From Candidatus Iainarchaeum sp. (GTDB lineage: Archaea > Iainarchaeota > Iainarchaeia > Iainarchaeales > UBA10219): a stretch of 64,000 nt of DNA. The notes beneath the pieces were generated by a model that ran no database searches, was not told where the DNA came from, and saw only the letters and a program-made list of their open reading frames with translations. A program made the position numbers and the translations under genes. Shown one piece after another: positions 10,076 through 20,011 of this stretch; the stretch's first letter is position 1; each line of letters starts with the position of its first letter. The stretch covers positions 71,281 through 135,280 of the forward strand of contig JAGVWE010000006.1 of the NCBI GenBank assembly GCA_018304425.1, in the 5' to 3' direction.

Positions 10076-10583
10076 ATGGTGAATCTGGCCGCGCCCAAAA
10101 CCCTGGAATTCATCGAGTTCATCCTCGAACAGAAGACCTTTACCCAGTACCGGGCCAAGAAGGAGTTGGGGCTGTCCATGGCCTTGGTCAATCAGGTCAC
10201 GCGTTACCTGCTTGCCCGGAACCTCATCACCCGGCAAAAAAGCGAGCGCCAATACGCCTTGCGGGACGCCGCCGGCCTCATCACTTCTATCTCGTTGTTC
10301 CGGAACATGCAGGACATTCAACTGCTCGAAGTAGGCGCCTCGCTGGAAAAAGAGGAAGCCATGAAACTGTTTTCGCCTGACACCGTTTTCTGCCTGGACA
10401 CGGCGCTAGCCAATTACACGAACTGGTGGCGTTCGAACCGCGTCTGCGCCTACATAGACCCCATCAACTTGGAGGGCCTGCAAATCCGGTTCGCCTTCAG
10501 CCCCGGCGACACCACCCTCGCAGATCAACGCCGCCGAACCCCTGTTCAAAAAACTCTGGGGGCAAGACATTGCCAAACATTGA
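10076..10583 (+). pseudogene. wHTH AbiEi-like antitoxin, frameshifted near 10520
   Basis: N-terminal wHTH; a plausible native C-terminus QINAAEPLFKKLWGQDIAKH* lies in another frame (10521-10583). Confidence 0.55.
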
Positions 10584-11283
10584 AGAACTCTACGCCAAAG
10601 AACTGACCGACCTGTCGTTGGCTGAGCTCAAGAAGTTCTTGGCCTGGTGCAAGGCCCGGCCCGGCAAACTCATTCCCGTGGTCGGCGGCTGGGCAGTCTA
10701 CGCTTACGTCCCCCAAATCGGCTCCATCGACATCGACGTCGTCCTGACAAAGCAGGACGAAGCACCAACAAGGGGCTTCCTGGAAGAAAACGGTTACAAG
10801 CCCAAGGAAGACGAACCAACTGTCTACCTCCAGGAAATCGGCAAAATAACCCTGCGCTTCGACTTGATCCCCTATGACAGCGAATGCCAAGCCCGCGGCA
10901 TCCAGATACCCTGGAACCTCCTCGACCAGCACTCGGCCGAAGTCGTCTTCCAAGGCCAAAAAATGCGCGTCCCCACAAAAGAACTCCTCCTCATCCAAAA
11001 AGTCACCGCCTACCGAAGCCGAGAAGACATGGCCAGGGTAGGCCATATACGGTTCCCCAACGGTGAAAAGAGCTACCTGGAAAACAAGATAGCCAAAGAC
11101 AAGAAAGACATCAAAAACCTCATCGACTCCGGGGCAAACTTCGGAAAAACGTACGAAATAGTCGACAAATTGGGCTTCAGAACAGTCTTCGACGACGCCC
11201 TAAAAGAACTCGGCATCATCCAAACAAGAAGCAAAACCATTGCAATGAACGCCCACATAGTTAAAGAAGAAAAAAAGCCGTAA
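10570..11283 (+). CDS. Nucleotidyltransferase, AbiEii/type IV TA-like
   Basis: VVGGWAVYAY...GSIDIDV...FDLI...QK...KDKKDI; TTG start overlapping the antitoxin end. Confidence 0.75.
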   Translation: MPNIEELYAKELTDLSLAELKKFLAWCKARPGKLIPVVGGWAVYAYVPQIGSIDIDVVLTKQDEAPTRGFLEENGYKPKEDEPTVYLQEIGKITLRFDLIPYDSECQARGIQIPWNLLDQHSAEVVFQGQKMRVPTKELLLIQKVTAYRSREDMARVGHIRFPNGEKSYLENKIAKDKKDIKNLIDSGANFGKTYEIVDKLGFRTVFDDALKELGIIQTRSKTIAMNAHIVKEEKKP

Positions 11284-11309
11284 TGGCTAGCACCAAACAG
11301 GGCAACTAA

Positions 11310-12110
11310 CTAGGGTTTCCTGGCTTCCACGAGGAGGCCCACGCTGGTTTTCGAGTTCCGGAACAGGGCTTCGTCCAAGGCCACGAGCCTGCCGACCCAC
11401 CGCACCAGGAAGTTGTCGGGAATGGCCTTGGGCCGGATGAAAGCCGTTCCTCCCCCTCTTCCCTGGTTGGAGGCATCGGGTTTGACGAGGAACTGGAAGA
11501 GGCTGGAGAGATAGTTCTCGCAGAGCCCGGCCAGGAAACGGGTGAGCCGCTTCCTCTTCTCGACGACGAAGCCGGCCACGGCCAGTTTGTTCCACAGCTC
11601 TTCCTCCGAGTAGAGGCGCAAGTGGCCGAAGCCCCACATGCCGATGGGGAGATGCAAGCCGAAGACGCCGAGCAAGGCGTTGACGGGGTCATAGGTGAAG
11701 GGAAACCGCTGATGGGGCACTGAAACAATCAACTGGCCGCCCGGGCGAAGCAAGCCATAGATTTCGGCGAGCACGCTTTCGTCGCCGGGAACGTGTTCTA
11801 GGGTCTCCAAGCAGAGGGCCACGTCAAAGGACCGGGGCTGCAAGGGCAGCCGCGTGACGTCCCCCACCAGCAGGCACTGGTTGCCGGCCTTCAGCCGCTG
11901 GCCGCAGGCGATGTCGGGCTTGCACAAGTCAACACCCACCACGGCCTTGAAGCGGGGCGCGAGCAGGCCCCCGATTTCGCCGGCGCTGCAGCCAATGTCC
12001 GCCAACCGCTCGCCGCCCCGGACAAGGCCCAGAACGGCTTTCACGCGGGCATGATACGTCGGGGCCAGGAATTTCAGGTTCACGTCAGTTCCTCCTCCTT
12101 TCTCCCTCAT
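11310..12110 (-). CDS. SAM-dependent methyltransferase type 11
   Basis: DIGCSAG, FDVALCLETLEH, LRPGG. Confidence 0.85.
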   Translation of the reverse strand: MREKGGGTDVNLKFLAPTYHARVKAVLGLVRGGERLADIGCSAGEIGGLLAPRFKAVVGVDLCKPDIACGQRLKAGNQCLLVGDVTRLPLQPRSFDVALCLETLEHVPGDESVLAEIYGLLRPGGQLIVSVPHQRFPFTYDPVNALLGVFGLHLPIGMWGFGHLRLYSEEELWNKLAVAGFVVEKRKRLTRFLAGLCENYLSSLFQFLVKPDASNQGRGGGTAFIRPKAIPDNFLVRWVGRLVALDEALFRNSKTSVGLLVEARKP

Positions 12111-13255
12111 TTGAGTTCGGCTTGCTTGAACAACCGGTACACCTTTTCCAGTTGGTTGGCGAGGTCCACCCAGTTCAGGCGGCTCTCAGCGGTGTCGCGC
12201 GCGTGGACGGCAACGACCTGGTTGAAGGCAGGCCTCCGCACGATTTCGTCCAAGACCTGGCCGAATTCCGCGGCGTCATGGACGAGGAAGCCGTTGCGCC
12301 GGTCTTCAAGGAAGTCGTTGACCACTCCCACCGGGTTGGCGATGATGACCTTTCCCGCGGCCAGGTATTCGCCGAGCTTGACGGGAAACCTGGACTTGTT
12401 GGCGAGGTTGTCCTTCAAGGGCAAGGCGACGGCATCGGCTTCGGCGAGCAGCCCGGGGATTTGCTGGCGGGGCACGAAGCCGAGGAACCGCACTTTCCCC
12501 GTAACCCGCAGTTGCCGGGCGAGTTCCTCGAACTCGGCGCGGCGCGGGCCGTCTCCCACGACGAGGAGTTCGACACCCAAGGCAATGGAGTGCTTCAAGC
12601 CATGCAAGACCAGGTCCAGGTCACAGGACTTGAACAGGTGGCCAAGGAACAACAACTTGAAAGAGGTTCCGGGCAGGTGGGGGCTTGGCTGGAAGGCCTC
12701 GAGGTCGGCGCCGTTGGCGATCAGGAAGACGTGGGGCGAAAACTTTTTGGCCTCTTTTTCGAGGAAAGGGGTTACCGCGACGATGCCATCGCAGTGGCGG
12801 AGCGCGAAGCCCTGGAACCAGTCCAGGAAGCCGCGCAACGGCCAGGGGTCCTGGTCGGCGAAGCCGCCTCGGCCCTCCCAGTCATCCCAATCCAGTAACA
12901 GCCTGGCCCCGAAGAGGCGGGCCAGGAGCCAGGCCGGGATGAACGAGGAAGGCAGGGGCTTGAAGCAGTGCACGAGGTCATACCGGCGGAAGCCGTAAAG
13001 CAGTTTGAGGGGGATGCCGAGGAGGAGCGTGGGGTAGAGGCTGCCCAGCCAGGGCGTGAAGCGGGGGTTCAGCCTCGAGTGCTTGCCGGAAAGGGGAAGC
13101 GCGTTGCCCCCTGTGCGGGGGTTGCCGCCGTCGAAGAGAATAGCCACTTCGTGGCGGCGGGCCAGCTGCGAGGCCAGGCCCAGGAGGCGGGAAGCGTTGC
13201 CGCTCGCGCAGTCGGAGTAGGACACCATCAGGATTTTCATCCGGTCCAGGCTCAT
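12107..13255 (-). CDS. GT4 glycosyltransferase
   Basis: IANGAD, VGDGP, FPVKLGEYLAAGK. Confidence 0.9.
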   Translation of the reverse strand: MSLDRMKILMVSYSDCASGNASRLLGLASQLARRHEVAILFDGGNPRTGGNALPLSGKHSRLNPRFTPWLGSLYPTLLLGIPLKLLYGFRRYDLVHCFKPLPSSFIPAWLLARLFGARLLLDWDDWEGRGGFADQDPWPLRGFLDWFQGFALRHCDGIVAVTPFLEKEAKKFSPHVFLIANGADLEAFQPSPHLPGTSFKLLFLGHLFKSCDLDLVLHGLKHSIALGVELLVVGDGPRRAEFEELARQLRVTGKVRFLGFVPRQQIPGLLAEADAVALPLKDNLANKSRFPVKLGEYLAAGKVIIANPVGVVNDFLEDRRNGFLVHDAAEFGQVLDEIVRRPAFNQVVAVHARDTAESRLNWVDLANQLEKVYRLFKQAELK

Positions 13256-13749
13256 TTGAGGACCTTCAGCGTGGCGCGGATTTGGCCGGGAAAGGTGAAA
13301 AACATTTCAATCAAGTAGGGCTGCCAGGACAGGATGCCGCGGATTATTTTCCCAAGCGGGCCTTGGAGGGTGCCGAGTTCCCACACGAGTTTCACCAGCG
13401 TGAAATTCTTTTTGCGGCCGCCCCAGTCGCAGCCCGCGTTCAGGAACTCGTCTTGGAACGCGCGGCAGCCGTAGAGGCGGGGGTGTTCGACGAAGGCGCA
13501 GCTGGCGTTGAAGTGGGGCACGATGATTTCAATCAAGGCCCCGGGCCTTGACACGCGCCAGAGTTCGCGGAGGAATTCAATCGGCTGGTCGGTGTGCTCG
13601 AAGACGTGGGAGAGCCGGAGGGCGTCGAAGGAGTTGTTGCGGAAGGGCAGGACCTGGAAGCAGTCCGCTTTCACGTCCGCATCCGCGTAGAGGTCGAGGT
13701 TCACCCAGCCCTCGCGGTAGTCTTTGTAGGAGCCTATGTTGAGTTTCAT
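13252..13749 (-). CDS. Small methyltransferase-domain protein
   Basis: KLNIGS...GWVNLD...SHVFEH...ELWRVSRPGA. Confidence 0.8.
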   Translation of the reverse strand: MKLNIGSYKDYREGWVNLDLYADADVKADCFQVLPFRNNSFDALRLSHVFEHTDQPIEFLRELWRVSRPGALIEIIVPHFNASCAFVEHPRLYGCRAFQDEFLNAGCDWGGRKKNFTLVKLVWELGTLQGPLGKIIRGILSWQPYLIEMFFTFPGQIRATLKVLK

Positions 13750-13898
13750 GGATAGAAACGTTATCACGGGAAAGCCTTAAAATGGTTGCATGCCGCAGCA
13801 TGCCCGCTTTAACCGGGCAGGAACGCGAATCCTGTACCAAATCCATTTTAAAGCCTGCAGGGGAAATAATGTACTGACTGGGCGGGGGATGAGCCGGC

Positions 13899-14861
13899 AT
13901 GACTTCGATTGGGTTGAGTGTCATCAGCTATAACCGGAAGGACGACCTCCGCAAGGCGTTGAAGTCCGTGTTCGCGCAGTCGCGGAAGCCCGACGAAGTG
14001 CTGGTGGTGGACAATGCTTCGGTCGATGGTGCGCCAGCGATGGTGGAAAAAGAGTTCCCCCAGGCAAGGCTCCTGCGGCTGGAAAAGAACCTGGGCTTGT
14101 GCGGGGGGGCGAACGTGGCCTTCGAGGCCTTGCACACCGACCTCGTGGGCATCGTGGAAAGCGACACGGTTTTGTCGGGGAACTGGGTGGAAGAAGTCGT
14201 GAGAGACTTCGAAGCCAGGGGCCATGAACGCGTGGGCATCGTGTGCCCAAAGTACATTCAGCGGCTGCCATCAGGCTGCGTGGACGTGGAGATTCCTCCC
14301 AAGGAAAACGGCTCGATTTCCCACACGAATGGCATCTTCGCCATCCACAAAAAGGTGTTTGAGGGAAAGAAGGAGAAACTGTACTCGGAGCCGTACGAGA
14401 TGTACGCCCAGGAGTTTGACTTGAGCGCGCGGGTCTTCAACCAGGGTTACTGGATCAAGCGGAACCTGGCTGCGGCAACCTATCACAACGTTCGAAACGA
14501 CGCGGCACGCGCACCCAGCGAGTGGGTGTTCAAGAACCAGTTCCGGAACAACCTCTGGAGCCTGTGGCGGTTTTACTCCAAGCGGAACATCCTGGCGTTC
14601 ACCCTGCCCTTCTTGGTTTACTTCCTGTTTTACGTGAAAAGCCCCTGGATTTGGCTGTGCGGCCTGGCCGAGGCCTTGGCCGGCCTGCCCTGGTGCATGG
14701 CCACGCGCAAGGTGCCGGCCAGCGGGGAACACGCCTTCTATAGAAGCATTTTAGCCAATTTAAGCCATATCCGGGCCATGCGACACTATGGGTATGGCTC
14801 CAGGCCCCAGGAAAAATACCATTACCTGGACGAAAAAACGTTGCCGGAGGCCGCTGCATGA
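13899..14861 (+). CDS. GT2 glycosyltransferase
   Basis: SYNR, VVDNASVDG, KNLG, ESD, QEFDL. Confidence 0.85.
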   Translation: MTSIGLSVISYNRKDDLRKALKSVFAQSRKPDEVLVVDNASVDGAPAMVEKEFPQARLLRLEKNLGLCGGANVAFEALHTDLVGIVESDTVLSGNWVEEVVRDFEARGHERVGIVCPKYIQRLPSGCVDVEIPPKENGSISHTNGIFAIHKKVFEGKKEKLYSEPYEMYAQEFDLSARVFNQGYWIKRNLAAATYHNVRNDAARAPSEWVFKNQFRNNLWSLWRFYSKRNILAFTLPFLVYFLFYVKSPWIWLCGLAEALAGLPWCMATRKVPASGEHAFYRSILANLSHIRAMRHYGYGSRPQEKYHYLDEKTLPEAAA

Positions 14862-15790
14862 TGGCTACGTGGAGAGCACTGGGTGAAACCCAAAAAGCAT
14901 TGGTCTTGGGGGCTATGGTGGTCCTGGTGCGGGCGGCTTACCTTGCCTTGTTCCCGGAGAACGCCTTGACCGACTACCAGTTCCACTTGCAGGTGGTGCA
15001 AGACATCCATGCCGGCGTGAACGTGTACGGCTACATGCCTACTCCGTTGTTCCACGTGCTGGGCGCGCTGGTTTTCTTCGGGCAGGAGCGCTTATACCTG
15101 CTGCTGATCAACCTGTTCTATGTTTTCGCAGCGTACCGGTTTGCCGGGACGCTGCCCAACCGGTGGCTGGGCTTCTCCTTGATTGCCTTGAACCCGGTTT
15201 CCCTGATTTATGGCGTGAGCTTTTACCCTGATTTGTTGGCTGCCGCCTTCGTGCTGTTGGCCGGTTCTCTCGTCAATGCCGGAAAGCGGTGGGCGGTGGT
15301 GCCGGCGCTGGCCGCGGCCTTCACGAAGGTCAACGCCGCCGCGGCCACTGCGCCGTACCTGCTCTGGTGCGCGGCCCGCTCCGGGTTGCTCGAGAAAAAA
15401 AACCGGCTGGTGCTGGCCGCACTGGGCCTGGCCTTCCTCGGCGGCTTCCTCTACCTTGCCACGCTCGTGACCGGGAACTTGCTCCAGCCCTCGTGGAGAA
15501 ACCTCTCCATCACGCTGCCCTTGTCGGCGTACTTCCTGCTGCCTGCCCTGCTGGCGCGGCGCACGCGCACGAACCTGGCTGGCTTCGCCGTCCTGGCCGG
15601 GTTCTCGGCGTACATGTTCGCCTCAAGCCTGGTCATCGAGGCCCGGTATCTCCTGCCCTTCCTGCCCTACGTCTACCCGTTGCCAAGGCTGGAAGGACGC
15701 AAGAAACAAGCCCTGCTGGTGCACGGCCTCCTCGGCTTTTTGGGCGCCCTGCTGTTCCTAGGGCATTTCAGGGCCAAGCTGGGAGCATGA
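14858..15790 (+). CDS. Multi-pass membrane protein (GT-C-like)
   Basis: Hydrophobic; D..FH, PTPLFH, YPD, K, EARYLLP pattern. Confidence 0.6.
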   Translation: MMATWRALGETQKALVLGAMVVLVRAAYLALFPENALTDYQFHLQVVQDIHAGVNVYGYMPTPLFHVLGALVFFGQERLYLLLINLFYVFAAYRFAGTLPNRWLGFSLIALNPVSLIYGVSFYPDLLAAAFVLLAGSLVNAGKRWAVVPALAAAFTKVNAAAATAPYLLWCAARSGLLEKKNRLVLAALGLAFLGGFLYLATLVTGNLLQPSWRNLSITLPLSAYFLLPALLARRTRTNLAGFAVLAGFSAYMFASSLVIEARYLLPFLPYVYPLPRLEGRKKQALLVHGLLGFLGALLFLGHFRAKLGA

Positions 15791-15845
15791 AAGGACGAGT
15801 AGCGACTTGTTTTCGGCGAGCAATCCAAACCAATAAATAGGTGAA

Positions 15846-15863
15846 TTGTATAAGTATATACAA
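15846..15863 (+). promoter_or_regulatory. Palindromic operator
   Basis: TTGTATA-AGTA-TATACAA between AATAAATA and the start codon. Confidence 0.55.
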
Positions 15864-15874
15864 GTGGTGAAGGC

Positions 15875-16141
15875 GTGAACTCCTTGGAAACAACCCTGCA
15901 TTTTCCGCGGTTGGACACCGTGCTCATGGTGGAGCAGGCCATCCAGGACGCGGAAGACTATCCCAGCCGCATGAAGCTGTGGAAGAGCCTTCCCAAGCAG
16001 GTCCAGTACCAGACCTTCAAACTGATCCTGGAATACCTGGAAAAATCCCATAAAATCGTTTTCACCAAAGACAACAAGGTCATGTGGATTGCTACGAACC
16101 CCACACTCGACGCACTCGTCGACAAGGGGAAGGAATACTGA
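15875..16141 (+). CDS. Small winged-helix protein (putative antitoxin)
   Basis: HFPRLDTVLMVE...LILEYLEKSHKI; abuts the RelE-like gene. Confidence 0.6.
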   Translation: MNSLETTLHFPRLDTVLMVEQAIQDAEDYPSRMKLWKSLPKQVQYQTFKLILEYLEKSHKIVFTKDNKVMWIATNPTLDALVDKGKEY

Positions 16142-16486
16142 TTGTATCGCACCAAGGGCATCCCGGAATTCGACCGTTACTGCGAGGAACTCGACAGGCA
16201 AGCTATGGACGGGAACGGTGAAGAAAAGTATTTAGTCAAGATAATCGGCAACGGCATCGCGAAACTGAGATTCGACTTCAAGTACGGCGACCACATCCCG
16301 CGAAACCGGATTCCACGCGAATACTTCGACAAATACCAGGTCAACAACCTGTGGAAACTCAACCTCGACTCCAACTGGCGGCTGGTTTACACCATGCGGG
16401 GAACCAAGGAAGACGTGATGTCCCTGTTGATCGAAGTCCTCGACCACAAAGCCCATGACCGGAAATTCGGCTACCATGCCGGTTGA
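16142..16486 (+). CDS. RelE/ParE-like toxin
   Basis: GDHIPR...NNLWKLNL..NWRLVYT...LDHKAHDRKFGY. Confidence 0.7.
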   Translation: MYRTKGIPEFDRYCEELDRQAMDGNGEEKYLVKIIGNGIAKLRFDFKYGDHIPRNRIPREYFDKYQVNNLWKLNLDSNWRLVYTMRGTKEDVMSLLIEVLDHKAHDRKFGYHAG

Positions 16487-16508
16487 AGCCGTTGACCTCC
16501 TCCCGACC

Positions 16509-17324
16509 CTAATCCCCGCGGTTCGCCCCGAACAGTTCCTCGTACCACGCGAACCAGAAGGCCGTGAAGAGGAACGCGAATTTCTTGAACTGCAGCCAGG
16601 AAAGCGGGTAAAAGATGTTGTAGGCCGCCCTCGCAATCCAGTGCAGGTTATGGTATTTCCGGATGAGCTGCACGTATCCCCGGCTTCCCCGCAGGCACTG
16701 CTTCCAGAGGCTCTGGTTGGCCCCCGACTTTTCCAGGGGACCAAAGTGCCAGACTTTCGCGTCTCTGCAGCCAAAGACCGGGTACTTGCCGCGCAAGCGG
16801 TAGCCCAGCTCGACGTCATCCCAGTAAATGTCTTCCACGAACGGGTTCTTTTCCAGGACCTCACGGTGGAAGGCCGCATTACAACAGTTGATGAACTCGC
16901 CTCGTTCGGCGAGGCCCGAGGCGAAGATGCCGCGCTCACTGCCGTCCTGGGAGTGAATCAGGACCTGGCCCTGCATGACCTTGGCTTCCGGGTGCGAGGC
17001 AAAAAAGCGGTGGATGGCCTCAATCCAGTCCGGTCTGGGCTCGGCATCGAAGTCCGTGAACGCCACGATTTCCCTGGAACTGTGCTGGACTCCGATGTTG
17101 CGCTTGAAGCCCGCGTTGTCCCGCCCCGGGGGAGGAAGGGCTTTCACGATTTGGTCGACGAACGGCTCCGCGATTTCCGGCATGCGGTCCGTGAAGGCGT
17201 CCACGAGGATGACTTCCTCGGGTTTACGGGTCTGCCGCTGCAAGGCCTTGAAGAAGGCAGGGGCATGCCGTTCCTCGTTCCGGGAAACCAGTATAAGGCT
17301 GATGCCGGGTGCATGGACGGGCAT
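16509..17324 (-). CDS. GT2 glycosyltransferase
   Basis: RNEE, RNIG, FTDFD, DDVELGYRL. Confidence 0.85.
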   Translation of the reverse strand: MPVHAPGISLILVSRNEERHAPAFFKALQRQTRKPEEVILVDAFTDRMPEIAEPFVDQIVKALPPPGRDNAGFKRNIGVQHSSREIVAFTDFDAEPRPDWIEAIHRFFASHPEAKVMQGQVLIHSQDGSERGIFASGLAERGEFINCCNAAFHREVLEKNPFVEDIYWDDVELGYRLRGKYPVFGCRDAKVWHFGPLEKSGANQSLWKQCLRGSRGYVQLIRKYHNLHWIARAAYNIFYPLSWLQFKKFAFLFTAFWFAWYEELFGANRGD

Positions 17325-17377
17325 TACGCTAATGGGCTTGAAAACCTTTAAAAACAGTAAGAGACAGCCTATTATCC

Positions 17378-18091
17378 ATGGGCCTATCCATGGACCTGCA
17401 AACCCTGATTCTCTGCGGGGGGAAGGGCACCCGCATGGGCCCCTCGAATGGCTCGCCCAAGCACATGCTGGAAGTCGGCGGCAAGCCCGTGCTCTGGCAC
17501 CTCATGAAATCCTATGCCCACCACGGCTTCAAGGACTTCGTGCTCTGCCTGGGGTATAGGGGAGAGGCCATCCGCAGGTATTTCAGGCATGAACGGCAGT
17601 GGAACATCGAATTCGTGGACACGGGCCTGGAAACGAACACAGGCGGCAGGGTGAAACGGGCCAGGCCCTACATCGAGGGCGAAAATTTTTTCTGCACGTA
17701 TGGGGACGGCTTGTCCGACGTGGACCCCGGAAAACTGCTGGCCTTCCACTTGCGGCATGGAAGAACCGCGACCGTGACCGCCGTGCGGCCGGCCAGCCAG
17801 TTCGGCTTGCTGGAAATCAACGGCCGAAACCACGTTACCGAGTTCGTGGAAAAGCCGGTGCTCGACCACTGGATCAACGGCGGCTTCTTCGTCTTCGGCA
17901 AAAAGGTCTTCAAGTACATCCAGGACAACGAGGTGCTGGAGCGGCAGCCCTTTGAGCGGCTGACCCAGAAGAAGGAGATGATGGCGTTCAAGCACAAGGG
18001 ATTCTGGGAGTGCATGGACACCTTCAAGGACTACATGAAGCTGAACAGCTTGTGGGAAACCGGGAAAGCCAAGTGGAAGGTGTGGCCGTAG
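17378..18091 (+). CDS. rfbF: Glucose-1-phosphate cytidylyltransferase
   Basis: LCGGKGTR, DTGLETNTGGR, TYGDGLSD, WINGGFFV, GFWECMDT, KWKVW. Confidence 0.88.
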   Translation: MGLSMDLQTLILCGGKGTRMGPSNGSPKHMLEVGGKPVLWHLMKSYAHHGFKDFVLCLGYRGEAIRRYFRHERQWNIEFVDTGLETNTGGRVKRARPYIEGENFFCTYGDGLSDVDPGKLLAFHLRHGRTATVTAVRPASQFGLLEINGRNHVTEFVEKPVLDHWINGGFFVFGKKVFKYIQDNEVLERQPFERLTQKKEMMAFKHKGFWECMDTFKDYMKLNSLWETGKAKWKVWP

Positions 18092-19063
18092 ATGGCCGGG
18101 AAAAACTTCTGGCAAGGACGACAGGTGCTGGTCACGGGAGCGGACGGCTTCATCGGCAGTTGGGTGGCCAAGGGCCTCCTCGAACAAGGCGCCCAGGTGC
18201 GAACCATCGTGCGGCAGCCCGGGCTTGCCTGCTCCATGGATGCCCTGGGCATCCGGGAAAAGCTGGACGTGAAACCCGGCGACATCACCGACTACAAGGC
18301 CGTGGAAACGGCTTTTAACGGGGTTGACAGCTGTTTTCACCTGGCGGCCCAGGCCTTCGTCGAGCAAGCCAACAGGAACCCCCTGCCGACCTTCGAGTCC
18401 AACATCAAGGGCACGTGGAACATCCTCGAAGCGGCAAGGAAGGGAGCCGGCGTGGAACGGGTCATCGTGGCCTCCTCGGACAAGGCCTATGGCGTGCAGA
18501 AAAAGCTGCCCTACACCGAGGACAGTCCCCTCCTGGGAAGGTTCCCCTATGACGCCTCCAAGGCCTGCGCGGACGTACTCGCGCAAGGCTATGCCACCAG
18601 CTATGGCTTGCCGGTCTCGATCACGCGGAACGCCAACACCTTTGGGGGCGCCGACCTGAACCTGAGCCGCATCGTGCCCGGCGTAATCAAGTGGGTGCTG
18701 CACAACGAGGTTCCAGTCATCCGCAGCGATGGCAAACCAAAGCGCGACTACGTGTACGTCAAGGACATCGCGAACGCGTACCTGCTCCTGGGAGAAAACC
18801 TGCACCGCCGGGAAGTCCGGGGGAACGCTTTCAACTTCGGCTCGGGAAAGCCAGTGAGCGTGCTGGAGTTGTTCACGCGCATCATCCGCTTGTGCGGCAA
18901 GAAAGTCAAACCCCACATCCTCAACGAGGCGAGAAACGAAATCCCCGCGCAGTGGCTCTCCAACCGGAAGGCAAAGAAAGTGCTGGGCTGGAAACCCCGT
19001 TACTCCCTTGACCAGGGGCTGCGGGAAACCATTGACTGGTACAAGGCCTATTACCGGTTGTGA
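18092..19063 (+). CDS. CDP-glucose 4,6-dehydratase-like SDR
   Basis: NFWQGRQVLVTGADGFIG, HLAAQ, SSDKAY, YDASK; follows rfbF. Confidence 0.8.
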   Translation: MAGKNFWQGRQVLVTGADGFIGSWVAKGLLEQGAQVRTIVRQPGLACSMDALGIREKLDVKPGDITDYKAVETAFNGVDSCFHLAAQAFVEQANRNPLPTFESNIKGTWNILEAARKGAGVERVIVASSDKAYGVQKKLPYTEDSPLLGRFPYDASKACADVLAQGYATSYGLPVSITRNANTFGGADLNLSRIVPGVIKWVLHNEVPVIRSDGKPKRDYVYVKDIANAYLLLGENLHRREVRGNAFNFGSGKPVSVLELFTRIIRLCGKKVKPHILNEARNEIPAQWLSNRKAKKVLGWKPRYSLDQGLRETIDWYKAYYRL

Positions 19064-19078
19064 AACGCATCCCGCCGG

Positions 19079-20011
19079 CTAGCGGCGGTAGCGCAGCTTC
19101 CATCCTGTCTTGGTGTCGGCCTGGCTGAAGGCCGCGGCCGCCATGGCCAGGCCTGCCAGCACCCACCACCAGAAAAAGCCGAGAATTGCTTTGAACCGAT
19201 GGACGCGGGGCAACTGGCTCAAGCCATACCCGAACAACGGCCCATAGAAACCGGCCAGGCTCGCCTTATACTGGCCGTATAACTGGTTCACTTGGCGTTT
19301 GGCGAGGAAGCCGCGCTTGCGTTGTCGGAAGTAATCCATCCACCCAATGCGTTCCCAGCAGACCTTGAAGTAGGGCCGGCTTTCGGGCTCGAAGGTGAGG
19401 ACGTCGAAGCCGTTGGCCTGGAGCTGGTACAAGCGCTCCGCGTCATCGGCCAGGGTTTGCTGCGCGCCGATGGCGCTCTTGCGGAAAAAGTTCACGAAGA
19501 ACGGATAGGCCGGGTTGGGGCTGACCACGTCCTTGCCCGCGCGCTTTTCGACGAAACGCCGGTAGCGGAACTCGGCGAGGAACAGGGTGTTCCAGGCATC
19601 CCCCAAAAAAAGAAGGTCCTTGTTCTCCCGCATGCGTTGCGGGGTGTAGGTCGTGGAATACCAGTCGCCGAGGCCCCCACATTTTGGGTCGGCGAAAAGC
19701 GTTACCAGTTTCCGGAACTCCTCCGCCGAGCAGTCGAACACCCAGTCGGCGTCGTGCACGCAAACGATTTCGTGCCGGGCCAGGGACACCAGTTTCTCCA
19801 TGACCTGGTGCTTGCCTTGCCGCTCGCGGAAAACCACCGTGTCAGCGAAGGAAAAGCCGCGCACGATTTCTTCGGTGCCATCCGTGCAGCCGTCCAGGCC
19901 CACCAGGACCTGGAGGGAGGGAACGCTTTCCCGCAGCTGCGCGAGGCGGCGCAGGGCGTGGGCGATTATTTTTTCCTCGTTGTGCGCGGGAATAAGGAAG
20001 CTGACGCTCAT
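19079..20011 (-). CDS. GT2 glycosyltransferase
   Basis: IPAHNEE, DGCTDGT, HDAD, QRKR. Confidence 0.8.
   Translation of the reverse strand: MSVSFLIPAHNEEKIIAHALRRLAQLRESVPSLQVLVGLDGCTDGTEEIVRGFSFADTVVFRERQGKHQVMEKLVSLARHEIVCVHDADWVFDCSAEEFRKLVTLFADPKCGGLGDWYSTTYTPQRMRENKDLLFLGDAWNTLFLAEFRYRRFVEKRAGKDVVSPNPAYPFFVNFFRKSAIGAQQTLADDAERLYQLQANGFDVLTFEPESRPYFKVCWERIGWMDYFRQRKRGFLAKRQVNQLYGQYKASLAGFYGPLFGYGLSQLPRVHRFKAILGFFWWWVLAGLAMAAAAFSQADTKTGWKLRYRR

Noticed and set aside
17384-18916. Long antisense ORFs (also 3510-4787, 30916-32139, 54563-56389 and many others)
   Set aside because: Shadow frames of high-GC genes with recognisable products on the opposite strand.
1-19063. Complete CDP-tyvelose pathway
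   Set aside because: RfbF, RfbG-like and RfbE-like genes are present, but no recognisable 3-dehydrase (RfbH) in the window, so the product cannot be assigned.
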